Shown here: piece after piece, positions 1 to 9,698 of the stretch
How positions within the stretch are numbered: position 1 is the stretch's first letter
How the letters are laid out: every line of letters begins with the position of its first letter
Assembly: GCA_963758195.1 (NCBI GenBank)
Contig: CAVWUH010000002.1
Location: 715,618-779,617, forward strand
Length of the DNA stretch: 64,000 nucleotides
DNA from: an uncultured Acidobacteriota bacterium
Lineage (GTDB): Bacteria > Acidobacteriota > Thermoanaerobaculia > Gp7-AA8
Direction: 5' to 3'
Program-made: the position numbers and the translations under genes
The notes under the pieces: generated by a model
Told to the model about the DNA's origin: nothing
Databases searched by the model: none
Seen by the model: the letters and a program-made list of their open reading frames with translations, nothing else

Positions 1-10
1 CGAAGCGCCG

Positions 11-508
11 GTGCCCGAGCTCGACGAACGCGGAATCTCCAAAAAGTACGGACTGCGGGAGCTCAACTACCCGGACGTCGATCAGGCCAAGGCGCTCGGC
101 GCGTTCCTCACCGCCGCGGTGGAATCGGGCCGTTGCGGTCCTCTGCCCAAGACCGCCGTCGTCGTTCTCCTCGATTACCTGCAGGCGACGATCAACCGCC
201 AGCACATCACCAAGGGTCCACGCATGTCGCAGGAAGAATTCGACACGATCCAATCGCCGTACTACATGGCGGCGCGCATCGTGGCGAAGGTCCAACGCTC
301 GCGCCAGGAGAACACGAAGGGGAAGGTTTACCAGGCGACGTATGTGTCGCTGACGCAGTTCATCGAGCTGCTGCGCAACCTCCTCGATCCCGGCTGCTAC
401 TGGCTTCGCCTCGGCGCCATTCCCGAGGGCGTTCGCGAAGGGATGGAAGCGCTGCGTGACTTTCTGGCCTTCTATCCGGAGCAACGGCGCAAAGGCCGAT
501 CGGTATAA
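11..508 (+). CDS. hypothetical protein, possibly truncated at the window edge
   Basis: 165-aa ORF with coding-like composition and no recognisable domain. The ORF start is only 10 nt from the window start. Confidence 0.35.
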   Translation: MPELDERGISKKYGLRELNYPDVDQAKALGAFLTAAVESGRCGPLPKTAVVVLLDYLQATINRQHITKGPRMSQEEFDTIQSPYYMAARIVAKVQRSRQENTKGKVYQATYVSLTQFIELLRNLLDPGCYWLRLGAIPEGVREGMEALRDFLAFYPEQRRKGRSV

Positions 509-551
509 CTCCCGCCGCAACTCTGACTTAAGATGCGCGTAGCGGAGTTGT

Positions 552-776
552 TTGATGTCACGCTATCTGCAGAAGATTTCGCTGCGCCCGTACAGCGACG
601 CGGAGATCTGGACCGGCTGGGAGCTCGAGAGCCGCAGCGGCGAAATCGACGGGCTTGTGCTCGCCGACACGATCAGCTCCGATGAGCTGATCGCCAAGTA
701 CGGCGTCACCGAATTCCAGAAGATCCCGCCCGAGTATCTCGACGCCGGCGAGTTCCGCGCGAAGTCGAAGAGTTGA
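552..776 (+). CDS. small hypothetical protein
   Basis: 74-aa ORF in a gap between genes with acidic, coding-like composition and no recognisable motif. Confidence 0.3.
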   Translation: MMSRYLQKISLRPYSDAEIWTGWELESRSGEIDGLVLADTISSDELIAKYGVTEFQKIPPEYLDAGEFRAKSKS

Positions 777-806
777 CGTGCGGCGCACGGGTTAGACTCC
801 GACGCG

Positions 807-1403
807 ATGACGAAAGAGTACGACCGCGCCTACTTCGACCGCTGGTACCGCCACGATGACACGCGCGTGAACTCGCGCACCGAGGTGCGGAGGAAAGTCG
901 TGCTGGCCGTGGCGCTGACCGAGTACTTCATTGGGCGCCCAATCCGCACGGTGCTGGACGTCGGATGCGGAGAAGGCGCCTGGCTCCCCCATCTGCGCGC
1001 GCTCCGTCCCGGCGTCGAGTACACCGGCTTCGATTCGTCGGACTACGTCGTCAAACGCTTCGGGCGGACGCGCAACATCCGCAAGGCGGCGTTCGGCGAT
1101 CTCCCATCGATCAACCTCGACGTCTACGATCTCGTCGTCTGCTCCGACGTGATGCACTACGTCCCCGACGACGAGCTCCGCGCCGGCATCCGAAGCCTCG
1201 CCGCCGTCACCGACGGCATGGCCTTCCTCGAAGTGCTCACCCGCGAAGACGACATCTTCGGCGATCTCCACGCGCTCATCAAACGTCCCGCCGCCTGGTA
1301 TCGCAAGACGTTCGCGAGCGCCGGCCTCACGTTCGTTGGCCCGTACTGCTGGCTCGGCCCGGCATTCGAGAACGGAGTCGCGGAGCTGGAAACGCCAACG
1401 TAA
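807..1403 (+). CDS. class I SAM-dependent methyltransferase
   Basis: Glycine-rich SAM-binding motif VLDVGCGEG followed by an acidic residue about 20 aa downstream. This is the typical Rossmann methyltransferase layout. Confidence 0.8.
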   Translation: MTKEYDRAYFDRWYRHDDTRVNSRTEVRRKVVLAVALTEYFIGRPIRTVLDVGCGEGAWLPHLRALRPGVEYTGFDSSDYVVKRFGRTRNIRKAAFGDLPSINLDVYDLVVCSDVMHYVPDDELRAGIRSLAAVTDGMAFLEVLTREDDIFGDLHALIKRPAAWYRKTFASAGLTFVGPYCWLGPAFENGVAELETPT

Positions 1404-1405
1404 AT

Positions 1406-1481
1406 CGGTTGCTGATTACTAGTTGCTGGTTGCTTGCGGTGTACCCCAGATAACCGACAACCAGAAACCAGCAACCAATTC
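1406..1481. repeat. Heptamer-repeat hairpin H1 (ttgctgg-type arms), a bidirectional terminator-like element between convergent genes
   Basis: Left arm cggttgctgattactagttgctggttgcttgcggtg; right arm cagataaccgacaaccagaaaccagcaacc. The right arm is an imperfect reverse complement of the left. Confidence 0.7.
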
Positions 1482-1686
1482 AGATCAGCACGGCCATCTC
1501 TTCGCGCCGTGCGAGCGACTCCCGTTTCGGCCTACGCACGAGCTCGGTCGTGCAGTTCGGACATCGCGACTGGAACCATCGGGTACAGGTCGCGCAGAAC
1601 GTACATTCGAAACTGCAGATGTATGCAACTTCGTCGTCCGTGAGATGCGACTCGCAACGCTCACAACGCGGTTTCATGTCGAGCAT
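1480..1686 (-). CDS. DUF1272-like zinc-ribbon protein
   Basis: 68 aa with paired Cys motifs (CERCESH...CSFECTFCATC...CPNCTTEL) matching the DUF1272 pattern. Confidence 0.55.
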   Translation of the reverse strand: MLDMKPRCERCESHLTDDEVAYICSFECTFCATCTRWFQSRCPNCTTELVRRPKRESLARREEMAVLI

Positions 1687-1764
1687 GGGCTTCTGAAGAA
1701 TGAATACGCCTCAGACCTCGACAGGTTTGGGATTCGCCGCAAATGTAACAACTGGCGCAACTCG

Positions 1765-3024
<1,260 letters not shown>

Positions 3025-3105
3025 GCCCGCACTCTGGAATGCGATCTCGCGAGCGAGGTCGTCAACGTCACGAGCGGCGGCATGAATGGAACGAACGGTC
3101 GAAAC

Positions 3106-3195
3106 GAGGAGGGCGGGCTTACAGCCCGCCGATTCTTTTGGGTGGGAGGGGTCCAACCTTCCGCCCAAAACCGGCGGGCTATAAGCCCGCCCTCC
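3106..3195. repeat. Family-3 structured palindromic element (GGAGGGCGGGCTTA...TAAGCCCGCCCTCC), copy 1
   Basis: Outer inverted arms, each containing a GGCGGGCT-loop-AGCCCGCC hairpin. Inner palindrome ttttgggYggg...ccgcccaaaa. About 85% identical to copy 2 over the arms. Confidence 0.8.
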
Positions 3196-3216
3196 TTTAC
3201 GGCTCGCTCGTGCCGG

Positions 3217-3971
3217 CTAGAAGAACTCTTTCAGCCTCGCGCGATGCCTTCGGCTCAGCGCGAGCTTCGTTCCGTCGCGAAGCAGCACGACGAAATCGTC
3301 GCCGACTCCGCGATGGATCTCTTTCACGCGGCGCAGATTCACGATCGTGCTGCGATGGATCCGCAGGAACTCGCGTGCATCGAGACGGCGCTCCACTTCC
3401 CCGATCGACTGGCGCAGGAGATAGGTCACACCTTTCACGTAGAGCCGCACGTACTTCCCTTCCGCGCCGATCCAATCGACGTCGCGCACGTCGACGAAAA
3501 CGATCTTGCCTTTCGCCTGAACGACAAACTGCGCCAGCGACCGGCTGCGGCGCCGTCCAGTCGCTCCAACGCATCGAGCAAACGCATGCGCACCGCGGCG
3601 TCGGTCTCCGTCTGGCGGTCGCGGCGCACGCGCTCGATCGTCCGATCGAAGCGCGCCCGATCGAAAGGCTTCAGCAGATAGTCGACCGCTTCGACATCGA
3701 ATGCCTCCACCGCGTACTCCGCGTGAGCGGTGACGAACACGATCCGCGGCAATTCCTGGCGCGGCACGCGGCGCACGACTTCGAATCCGTCCATGCGCGG
3801 CATGCGGATGTCGAGGAAGACGAGATCCGGCTCGAGCTCCCGAATCGCATCCACCGCTTCCGCCCCGTTCGCGCACTCGCCCACCACCTCGAGATCGGCA
3901 TGTGCCTCGGCGAAGGCACGCACCTTCTGCCGCGACAAGCGTTCGTCATCGACGATGAGCAGCCGGATCAT
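3217..3971 (-). CDS. LytTR-family two-component response regulator, carrying a single frameshift
   Basis: A REC domain (LLIVDDE...DLVFLDIRMP) lies in the frame 3435..3971. A LytTR DNA-binding domain (IVFVDVRDVDWIGAEGKYVRLY...IHRSTIVNL) lies in the frame 3217..about 3560. The two join cleanly if one indel near 3540-3560 is corrected. Confidence 0.8.
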
Positions 3972-5158
3972 CGCAGCGGCACGTCGACCTCGACGATCAC
4001 GCCTCCACCCTCGCGCTCCGCCAGCTTGAAATCGAAGGCCTCGCCATACAGATCGCGCAGACGGGCGAGCGTGTTGCCGAGGCCGATGCGCACGACTCGA
4101 TCCGGGCCACCGGCGAGTCCGGCGCCATCGTCAGCGACGGACAAGCGCAGGCGGTCCCCGCTCACCGCGGCGCGAATCACGATCGTGCCTCCCTCGGCAC
4201 GCGGGGCGACGCCGTGATGGATGGCGTTCTCGACCAGCGGCTGGAGCACGAGATTGGGCACCAGCGCATCCTTGGCCCGCGGCTCGATCTCGTATGCGAC
4301 GCGCAACCGGTCCTCGAGCCGGATCTGTTCGATCTCGAGATAACGGCGCACGAACTCCAGCTCGCGCGACAGCGGCACGAGCTGCTCGGCTTCGCTGTCG
4401 ATGGTCATGCGCAGAAACTCCGCGAGCCGTGTGAGCATCGCGTCGGCGCTGTCGCGATCGCTGTACATCAGTGACGAAATCGAGTTGAGCGTGTTGAACA
4501 AAAAGTGCGGCCGCAACTGCATCTTCAACGCCGCCAGCCTCGCCTCGGACAATCGCACTTCGAGTTGCGACGCCTGCAGCTCGCGATCGCGGTATTTCGC
4601 GTAATAGAGAAACAGGTGATGGCCAAGGAGGATCACCCAGTACGTCGGCACCAGAGAATGGAAGTTCGCCGAGAACGAATAGGCGACGACGAGTGGATAC
4701 GGATCGTTGCGCAGGCGAAGGACGAACGTGAGAAAGACCTCCGTCGCAATGAGGGAGACCGCGGTCACGGCGAGGCTGGCCACGATATGAACCAGCGCCG
4801 CGCGCAGCCGGCGCCGCGGTTCGAGCAGCGGAAACCGCGTTCCCAGCCAGACGATGACCGGCGTGAACAGCCCGTACGTGTAGTAGTACGGCAGATTGAC
4901 GGCCATGGCCCGCGGCCAGGTGATCATCCCTCGCAACGCCGGATTGAAATAGGCCTGCGTGGTGAAAAAAAGCCCGACGACCGTCGATCCGATGAAGACC
5001 AGCAGCGCGGACCGCACGCGTCGACCGAGCACGTCCGCATGATAGCCCGCACGTTTCGCACCCGAGCCGCCGCTCGTGACGCCATGGACGCCGCTCGTGA
5101 CATTGGCAGGGATGCAGCTACTCGAAGGAATGACCCGGCGTCGCAGCGGCATTCTCAT
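3968..5158 (-). CDS. LytS/YehU-type sensor histidine kinase
   Basis: Multi-transmembrane N-terminus, the His_kinase (PF06580) motif LRPHFLFNTLNSI, and a HATPase_c region (NAIHHG...DDGAG). It overlaps the downstream response regulator by 4 nt. Confidence 0.85.
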   Translation of the reverse strand: MRMPLRRRVIPSSSCIPANVTSGVHGVTSGGSGAKRAGYHADVLGRRVRSALLVFIGSTVVGLFFTTQAYFNPALRGMITWPRAMAVNLPYYYTYGLFTPVIVWLGTRFPLLEPRRRLRAALVHIVASLAVTAVSLIATEVFLTFVLRLRNDPYPLVVAYSFSANFHSLVPTYWVILLGHHLFLYYAKYRDRELQASQLEVRLSEARLAALKMQLRPHFLFNTLNSISSLMYSDRDSADAMLTRLAEFLRMTIDSEAEQLVPLSRELEFVRRYLEIEQIRLEDRLRVAYEIEPRAKDALVPNLVLQPLVENAIHHGVAPRAEGGTIVIRAAVSGDRLRLSVADDGAGLAGGPDRVVRIGLGNTLARLRDLYGEAFDFKLAEREGGGVIVEVDVPLR

Positions 5159-5163
5159 CCATC

Positions 5164-5529
5164 ATGAGAAAGACTGCCGCTTTGCTGGTGATCCTCCTGT
5201 TCTCACTCGCCGCCTTCGCCGACGTCGAGGTGAAGCCGAACGGCAAACTGACGAAAGTCGAATCGAAGACCGTCTGCATGATCAACGAACACGCCATGGG
5301 GAAGGATCAGATCCCCGTGGAAGTCGACGGCAAGACCTATTACGGCTGCTGCGACATGTGCAAGAAAGCGCTGTCGACCGACGCCGCCAAGCGCGTCTCC
5401 ACCGATCCCGTGACCGGCAAGCAGGTCGACAAGGCCAAAGCCGTCATCGCCGCGCAGGAAGACGGCCGCGTCTTCTATTTCGAAAACGACGAGACCCTGG
5501 CGAAGTACAACGCACAGTTCGCGAAGTAG
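5164..5529 (+). CDS. secreted protein with two YHS-like domains
   Basis: Signal peptide, then VCMINEHAMGK...GKTYYGCCDMCK, and a second DPVTGKQV...GRVFYFENDETLAKYN repeat. Both resemble YHS/TRASH metal-binding motifs. Confidence 0.6.
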   Translation: MRKTAALLVILLFSLAAFADVEVKPNGKLTKVESKTVCMINEHAMGKDQIPVEVDGKTYYGCCDMCKKALSTDAAKRVSTDPVTGKQVDKAKAVIAAQEDGRVFYFENDETLAKYNAQFAK

Positions 5530-5534
5530 GAACC

Positions 5535-5634
5535 GGACCGCCGGAGTCCTCGCCGTCTGGGTGAGCGGCGTCTCGCCGCTCACGGGCGGGCGTCGAGACG
5601 ACGCCGCCCCAGCCGCCGGGACGGCGGCGGTCCA
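5535..5634. repeat. Family-2 ~100-bp imperfect palindrome (GGACCGCCGGCGTCCTCGCCGGCTGGG...CCCAGCCGCCGAGACGGCGGCGGTCCA), copy a
   Basis: Near-identical to the copies at 30703-30802, 11997-12112 and 51440-51560. Lies between convergent genes. Confidence 0.85.
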
Positions 5635-5638
5635 CTCG

Positions 5639-6061
5639 TTACCCTTCCGGCACGTTGATCACGTACGCCCGCTGATGGATCTCGTCCGACGGATCAGGCA
5701 TGTAGATTCGCGTGAGATAGTCGAGCGCGATGGCCACTCCCTGCCGCTCGCGCATCGTGGCGATGAGAGGGACGAAGAGCGCGATGAAGAAGCCGGCGCC
5801 GCCGAACCAGTTCGTGGAGCGGAAGCCGAAGTAGAGCGCGACCACGCCGGCGAAGATCGGGACGCGGTCCATGATCAGAAGCCAGAACCAGAGATCGCCG
5901 TAGTTCGCCTGATAGAGCACGCCGCAAACCGAACAGCGCTCGTGCGCCTCGATCCAGCGCCGGAACAACGGCCCTTCCCCACAACGCGGGCAACGGCGGC
6001 GGAATCCGCGCCGGATCACGAGGGCGATCGGAATGCGCGGCCGTGCCGCTTCCGCGCTCAC
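5639..6061 (-). CDS. DUF983 membrane protein
   Basis: CPRCGEGPLF...CSVCG zinc-ribbon followed by two transmembrane helices. Its start overlaps the stop of the downstream gene by 4 nt. Confidence 0.7.
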   Translation of the reverse strand: MSAEAARPRIPIALVIRRGFRRRCPRCGEGPLFRRWIEAHERCSVCGVLYQANYGDLWFWLLIMDRVPIFAGVVALYFGFRSTNWFGGAGFFIALFVPLIATMRERQGVAIALDYLTRIYMPDPSDEIHQRAYVINVPEG

Positions 6062-6612
6062 TTCGCCTTGGCAGCGGACGAGCCGTCGATCGACTTCCGC
6101 AGCTCGCCCACGAATCGATCCGTCGCCCGGACGCTGCGCAGCACGACCGTCAGCGCCTCCTCCGGGAACCCCGATTCCAGCGTGACCGTGTAGCCGCAGA
6201 AAACATCATCTTCATCATCGGCGCCCCAATAGAGAAAGTTGAGATCGTTGTAGTGCGCGAGCTGGCGCAGGAAGGCGCGTTCGTCCTTGAGCTTGTTCAG
6301 ATTGATGTAGCCGCCCTTGTAGTGCGGAAACACGCGCAGGTTGATCGTCTCCGTCGGCGTCACGCGAAGCACGATCTCAAGCTTCTCGACGTTCGACAGC
6401 TTGTCTTTCATCGTGCCGGTAAAGTTGTACGGCTCCTTCGTGCTCTGATGAAACGAGACGTTGACATCGTCACGCTCCCCCACCGACTCCAGCAACCCCC
6501 GCAACTTCTCGCGCGTCGCGTCCCGCGCCTCCGAATCCGCATCCTGCGCACGCGCCGGAATCGCGAAGATCACGCAGAGAAGAACGAACAACATGGCGAG
6601 CCGCTGACGCAT
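6058..6612 (-). CDS. secreted YbjN-like hypothetical protein
   Basis: Signal peptide (MRQRLAMLFVLLCVIFAIPARA). The architecture weakly resembles a YbjN/sensory-transduction-regulator fold. Confidence 0.45.
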   Translation of the reverse strand: MRQRLAMLFVLLCVIFAIPARAQDADSEARDATREKLRGLLESVGERDDVNVSFHQSTKEPYNFTGTMKDKLSNVEKLEIVLRVTPTETINLRVFPHYKGGYINLNKLKDERAFLRQLAHYNDLNFLYWGADDEDDVFCGYTVTLESGFPEEALTVVLRSVRATDRFVGELRKSIDGSSAAKAK

Positions 6613-6658
6613 TCAGGGAGCCTCCTTGGCGGAGTCATCGTAAATCAGATCGCATACT

Positions 6659-6886
6659 GCGGTTGCTGGTTGCTGGTTGTCTGTGGAGCATCGCTCTCGC
6701 GACATCGCCGTGGACACGAGGAGGGCGGGCTTAATTAGCCCGCCGGTTCTGGGCGGGGGACGGAGGATGGACCAGGGACGGACGGCACGGGCGCGGGACG
6801 AGCCCCCGCCCAAAAGAATCGGCGGGCTATAAGCCCACCCTCCGGAATCTACGCGGGACCCACAGATAACCAGGAACCAGCAACAC
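6659..6886. repeat. Heptamer-repeat hairpin H2 whose loop contains the family-3 element
   Basis: Arms ggttgctggttgctggttgtctgtgg (6659-6686) and ccacagataaccaggaaccagcaacacc (6860-6886) are complementary. About 170 bp, including repeat 6718-6843, lies between them. Confidence 0.7.
6718..6843. repeat. Family-3 structured palindromic element, copy 2, nested inside heptamer hairpin H2
   Basis: Same arms as copy 1 with a longer central part. It lies between the two complementary arms of H2 (6659-6686 and 6860-6886). Confidence 0.8.
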
Positions 6887-6942
6887 CCCCCGCCGCAACT
6901 GTCCAGCTAACCGAACGAACCTTCGCTAGTCTAAGCACACGG

Positions 6943-7500
6943 ATGGAAACGGATCAGCAGCTCGTCGAGCGCACCCGCACCGGAGACGACGACGCCTTTC
7001 GCGTCATCGTCGAGCGGCATTCGCGATCGGTCTACCGCGCCGCCTATCGCATCACCGCCAATGCCGCCGATGCCGATGACGTCGTGCAGGAGACATTCCT
7101 CCGCGCCTATCGCGCCCTCGGCACCTTCGACGCCCGCGCCGCGCTGACGACCTGGCTGCACCGCATCGCCGTCAACTGCTCGCTCGATCTCATCGACTCG
7201 CGCCGGCGCCGCGAGGGTCGCATCGACGCCCGTGAGGATCTCTCGCTCCTCGCCTCATCCTCCGCCACTCCCGATCGCGTCGCACTCGGCGGCGAGATGC
7301 AACGAGCCATCGCCGACGCCATGGACGCGCTCACCGGCAACGAGCGCACCGCGTTCGTCCTCCGCCACTTCGAAGGCATGCCGCTCGAGGAAATCGGTCA
7401 GATCCTCGGCACACGCCTCAACGCCACGAAAAACACCGTCTTCCGCGCCGTGCGGAAACTGAGGCATCAATTGCAGCCATTCACGGGGTCCCTGGTATGA
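6943..7500 (+). CDS. RNA polymerase ECF sigma factor (sigma-70 regions 2 and 4)
   Basis: DDVVQETFLRAYRAL (region 2.2), WLHRIAVNCSLD (region 2.4) and a region-4 helix-turn-helix (LEEIGQILGTRLNATKNTVFRAVRKLR). Confidence 0.9.
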   Translation: METDQQLVERTRTGDDDAFRVIVERHSRSVYRAAYRITANAADADDVVQETFLRAYRALGTFDARAALTTWLHRIAVNCSLDLIDSRRRREGRIDAREDLSLLASSSATPDRVALGGEMQRAIADAMDALTGNERTAFVLRHFEGMPLEEIGQILGTRLNATKNTVFRAVRKLRHQLQPFTGSLV

Positions 7501-8279
7501 GTCATCTCTCTCACGACGAGCTCGTTCTCTCCTATTACGGCGAACCGGATCTCGGCGCGCGTCAAGACCATCTCGATTCCTGCGACGAGTGCAAGGCCGA
7601 GCTGACACGCCTCGCGCAAATCCTCGATCGAGTCACACCGTTCGAAGTTCCCGAGCCCGATGACACCTATGAAGCGCACGTCTGGGATCGCCTGCAGTGG
7701 CGCCTGCGCGGTGAAAAGAAGCACGCCCGCCGCGCCGAATGGATCAAGTGGACCGCCGCCGCGGCGATGCTCGCTCTCGCGTTCCTCGCCGGCCTGCTCT
7801 GGAACCGCCGCCAGAACGCCGGCTTCGACACGACACCGATCGCGCACAACGACACGACCTCACCCAACACCACGGCCAGCACGGCCGCACAACAACAGCA
7901 GGGACGCGACCGCATCCTTCTCGTCGTCGTCGGCGATCACTTCGACGAATCCGAGCGGATGCTCGTCGAGCTCACGAATCTCAGTCCCGGCGAAGGAAAC
8001 GACATCAGCACGGAACGCGACCGTGCCGGTGAGCTCCTCGCCAGCAACCGGCTGTACCGGCGCACCGCATCGCAGCGCGGCGAGGAGAGCGTGGCCACGC
8101 TTCTCGACGAGCTCGAGCCGGTGCTGATGCAAATCGCCCACGCCCCTTCGCAGGTCTCCGCGGAAGAGCTCCGCGCGATCCAGAAGCGCGTGGAGAAAAA
8201 AGGACTCGTTTTCAAACTGCGTGTCGTGCGCGCGGACGTTCGCGCCACGGCCATGCCTCACCTTCAACCGAATGTCTAA
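7497..8279 (+). CDS. anti-sigma factor with a zinc-finger N-terminus and one transmembrane helix
   Basis: ATGA translational coupling to the sigma factor gene. HxxxCxxC motif (HLDSCDECK), then a single transmembrane helix (AAAAMLALAFLAGLL). Confidence 0.7.
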   Translation: MSHLSHDELVLSYYGEPDLGARQDHLDSCDECKAELTRLAQILDRVTPFEVPEPDDTYEAHVWDRLQWRLRGEKKHARRAEWIKWTAAAAMLALAFLAGLLWNRRQNAGFDTTPIAHNDTTSPNTTASTAAQQQQGRDRILLVVVGDHFDESERMLVELTNLSPGEGNDISTERDRAGELLASNRLYRRTASQRGEESVATLLDELEPVLMQIAHAPSQVSAEELRAIQKRVEKKGLVFKLRVVRADVRATAMPHLQPNV

Positions 8280-8304
8280 CAGAGCAACAGACCACGGGGA
8301 CATC

Positions 8305-9561
8305 ATGCTGACGAAAAAACTGCTGGCGGCCATCGCCATCGCCCTTCTGATCCAGACCATTGCACCGAAAGGCTTCGCCTCGCCGGTGCCTGCGCCCGTG
8401 CCCGCACCCGCACCGCTCCCCTGGGCGGAATCGGACGACCGCGCCGAGCGCGAGGCCGATCTCTACGAACAGGGCACCGACGCTATCGACGAAGAGCAAT
8501 GGGAAGACGCGATCCGCAACTTCACCCGCGTCGCCGAGATGAAAGGCAGCAAGGCCGACGGCGCGATCTACTGGACCGCGTACGCGCTGAGCAAGCTCGG
8601 TCGCCGCGCCGAGGCGTTGAAGACGATCGATGGACTTCGGAAGTCGTATCCGAACAGCAAGTGGATCGACGACGCGCAGGCGATGGAGCTCGAGCTGCGA
8701 CAGGCGCGCGGCGAAGTCGTGCAGCCGTCGAGCGTCGACGACGCCGAGCTGAAGATGATCGCCATCAACTCACTGATGCACTCCGATCCGGAGAAGGCGT
8801 ACCCGCTGCTCGAGAAGATCGTCCGCGGCACCGCCTCGAAGAAGATCAAGGATCGCGCGCTGTTCATCCTCAGCCAGTCGAGCTCACCTCGCGCGCAAAC
8901 GCTCATCGGCGAGATCGCGCGCGGCAACGCCAATCCCGACATGCAGAAGGACGCCGTCCGCTACCTCGGCATCAACGGCACTCCGCGCAATCGCCAGATT
9001 CTGTCGGAGCTTTACGCATCGGCCAATTCCAATGAGGTGAAGAAGGAGATCCTCCGCGCTTTCATGATCGCCGGCGACAAGGCCTACGTACTCAATGCCG
9101 CGAAGAGCGAGAAGGACGCAGCGCTCCGCGAGGAAGCGATCCGCACCCTCGGCATCATGGGCGCCCGCGCCGAGCTGGCCACGATGTACGACACTGAAAG
9201 CGTGTCGAGCGTGAAGGAGGGCATCATCCAGGCGCTCTTCATCAGCGGCGACGCCGAGAAGATCGGCGAGCTGGCGAAGAAAGAGAAAGACATCGAGCTG
9301 CGCAAGGAAGCGATCCAGAAGCTCGGCCTCATGGGCAACAAGACCGGCCCCACGCTCCTCGCGCTCTACGCCAGCGAAACGAGCACGGACGTGAAGGAAT
9401 CGGTGATCACCGGCCTCTTCCTCCAGAGCAACGCCCGCGCCCTCATCGACATCGCCAAGCGCGAGCAGAACAAAGACCTCAAGCGCGCCGCGCTCAAGAA
9501 GCTATCGATCATGAACGACGACGAAGCGCTCGCGTACATGCTGCAGATTCTGAACGAGTAG
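8305..9561 (+). CDS. secreted HEAT/PBS-lyase-repeat protein
   Basis: Signal peptide MLTKKLLAAIAIALLIQTIA. Tandem ~30-aa repeats (xxVRxxAIxxLGxxGxxxAxxxL...) typical of HEAT repeats. Lies directly downstream of the sigma/anti-sigma pair. Confidence 0.7.
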   Translation: MLTKKLLAAIAIALLIQTIAPKGFASPVPAPVPAPAPLPWAESDDRAEREADLYEQGTDAIDEEQWEDAIRNFTRVAEMKGSKADGAIYWTAYALSKLGRRAEALKTIDGLRKSYPNSKWIDDAQAMELELRQARGEVVQPSSVDDAELKMIAINSLMHSDPEKAYPLLEKIVRGTASKKIKDRALFILSQSSSPRAQTLIGEIARGNANPDMQKDAVRYLGINGTPRNRQILSELYASANSNEVKKEILRAFMIAGDKAYVLNAAKSEKDAALREEAIRTLGIMGARAELATMYDTESVSSVKEGIIQALFISGDAEKIGELAKKEKDIELRKEAIQKLGLMGNKTGPTLLALYASETSTDVKESVITGLFLQSNARALIDIAKREQNKDLKRAALKKLSIMNDDEALAYMLQILNE

Positions 9562-9568
9562 GTGAATC

Positions 9569-9686
9569 GAGTTGGCGGTTGGCAGTTGGCGGTTGGCAGT
9601 GGAAGACCCACCGCGATGTCGCCAACCTGGGCCGCCAACCCGGTGTGCTCGCTCCCGCCAACCGCCAACCGCCAACTGCCAACTCC
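9569..9686. repeat. Heptamer-repeat hairpin H3 (gttggcg/gttggca units)
   Basis: gagttggcggttggcagttggcggttggcag ... ccgccaaccgccaaccgccaactgccaactcc, with a ~60-nt loop. Confidence 0.7.
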
Positions 9687-9698
9687 CCGGAGGCATTC

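Noticed and set aside
5561-6193. ORFs that start inside palindromic repeats (5561-6193, 5444-5635, 30701-31375, 30612-30860, 51240-51578, 51493-52299, 6613-6813, 11957-12229)
   Set aside because: Their N-terminal peptides (for example GGRRDDAAPAAGTAAV, MDRRRPGGWGG, GLIKPALLVST) recur because they translate repeat families 2 and 3. The remainder is antisense to real genes.
6850-6942. ECF-type promoter upstream of the sigma factor gene
   Set aside because: GGAAC-like -35 candidates exist (ggaaccagc, cgaacgaacc), but the spacing to any CGTC-like -10 is wrong (22 nt or under 12 nt). The region is also occupied by hairpin H2's right arm.
9569-9686. Tandem short repeats (this and the other heptamer arrays) considered as possible CRISPR arrays
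   Set aside because: The units are 7 nt, not 24-48 nt. There are no unique spacers of 25-40 nt between identical repeats. The second half is the reverse complement of the first (a hairpin), and no cas genes are present.
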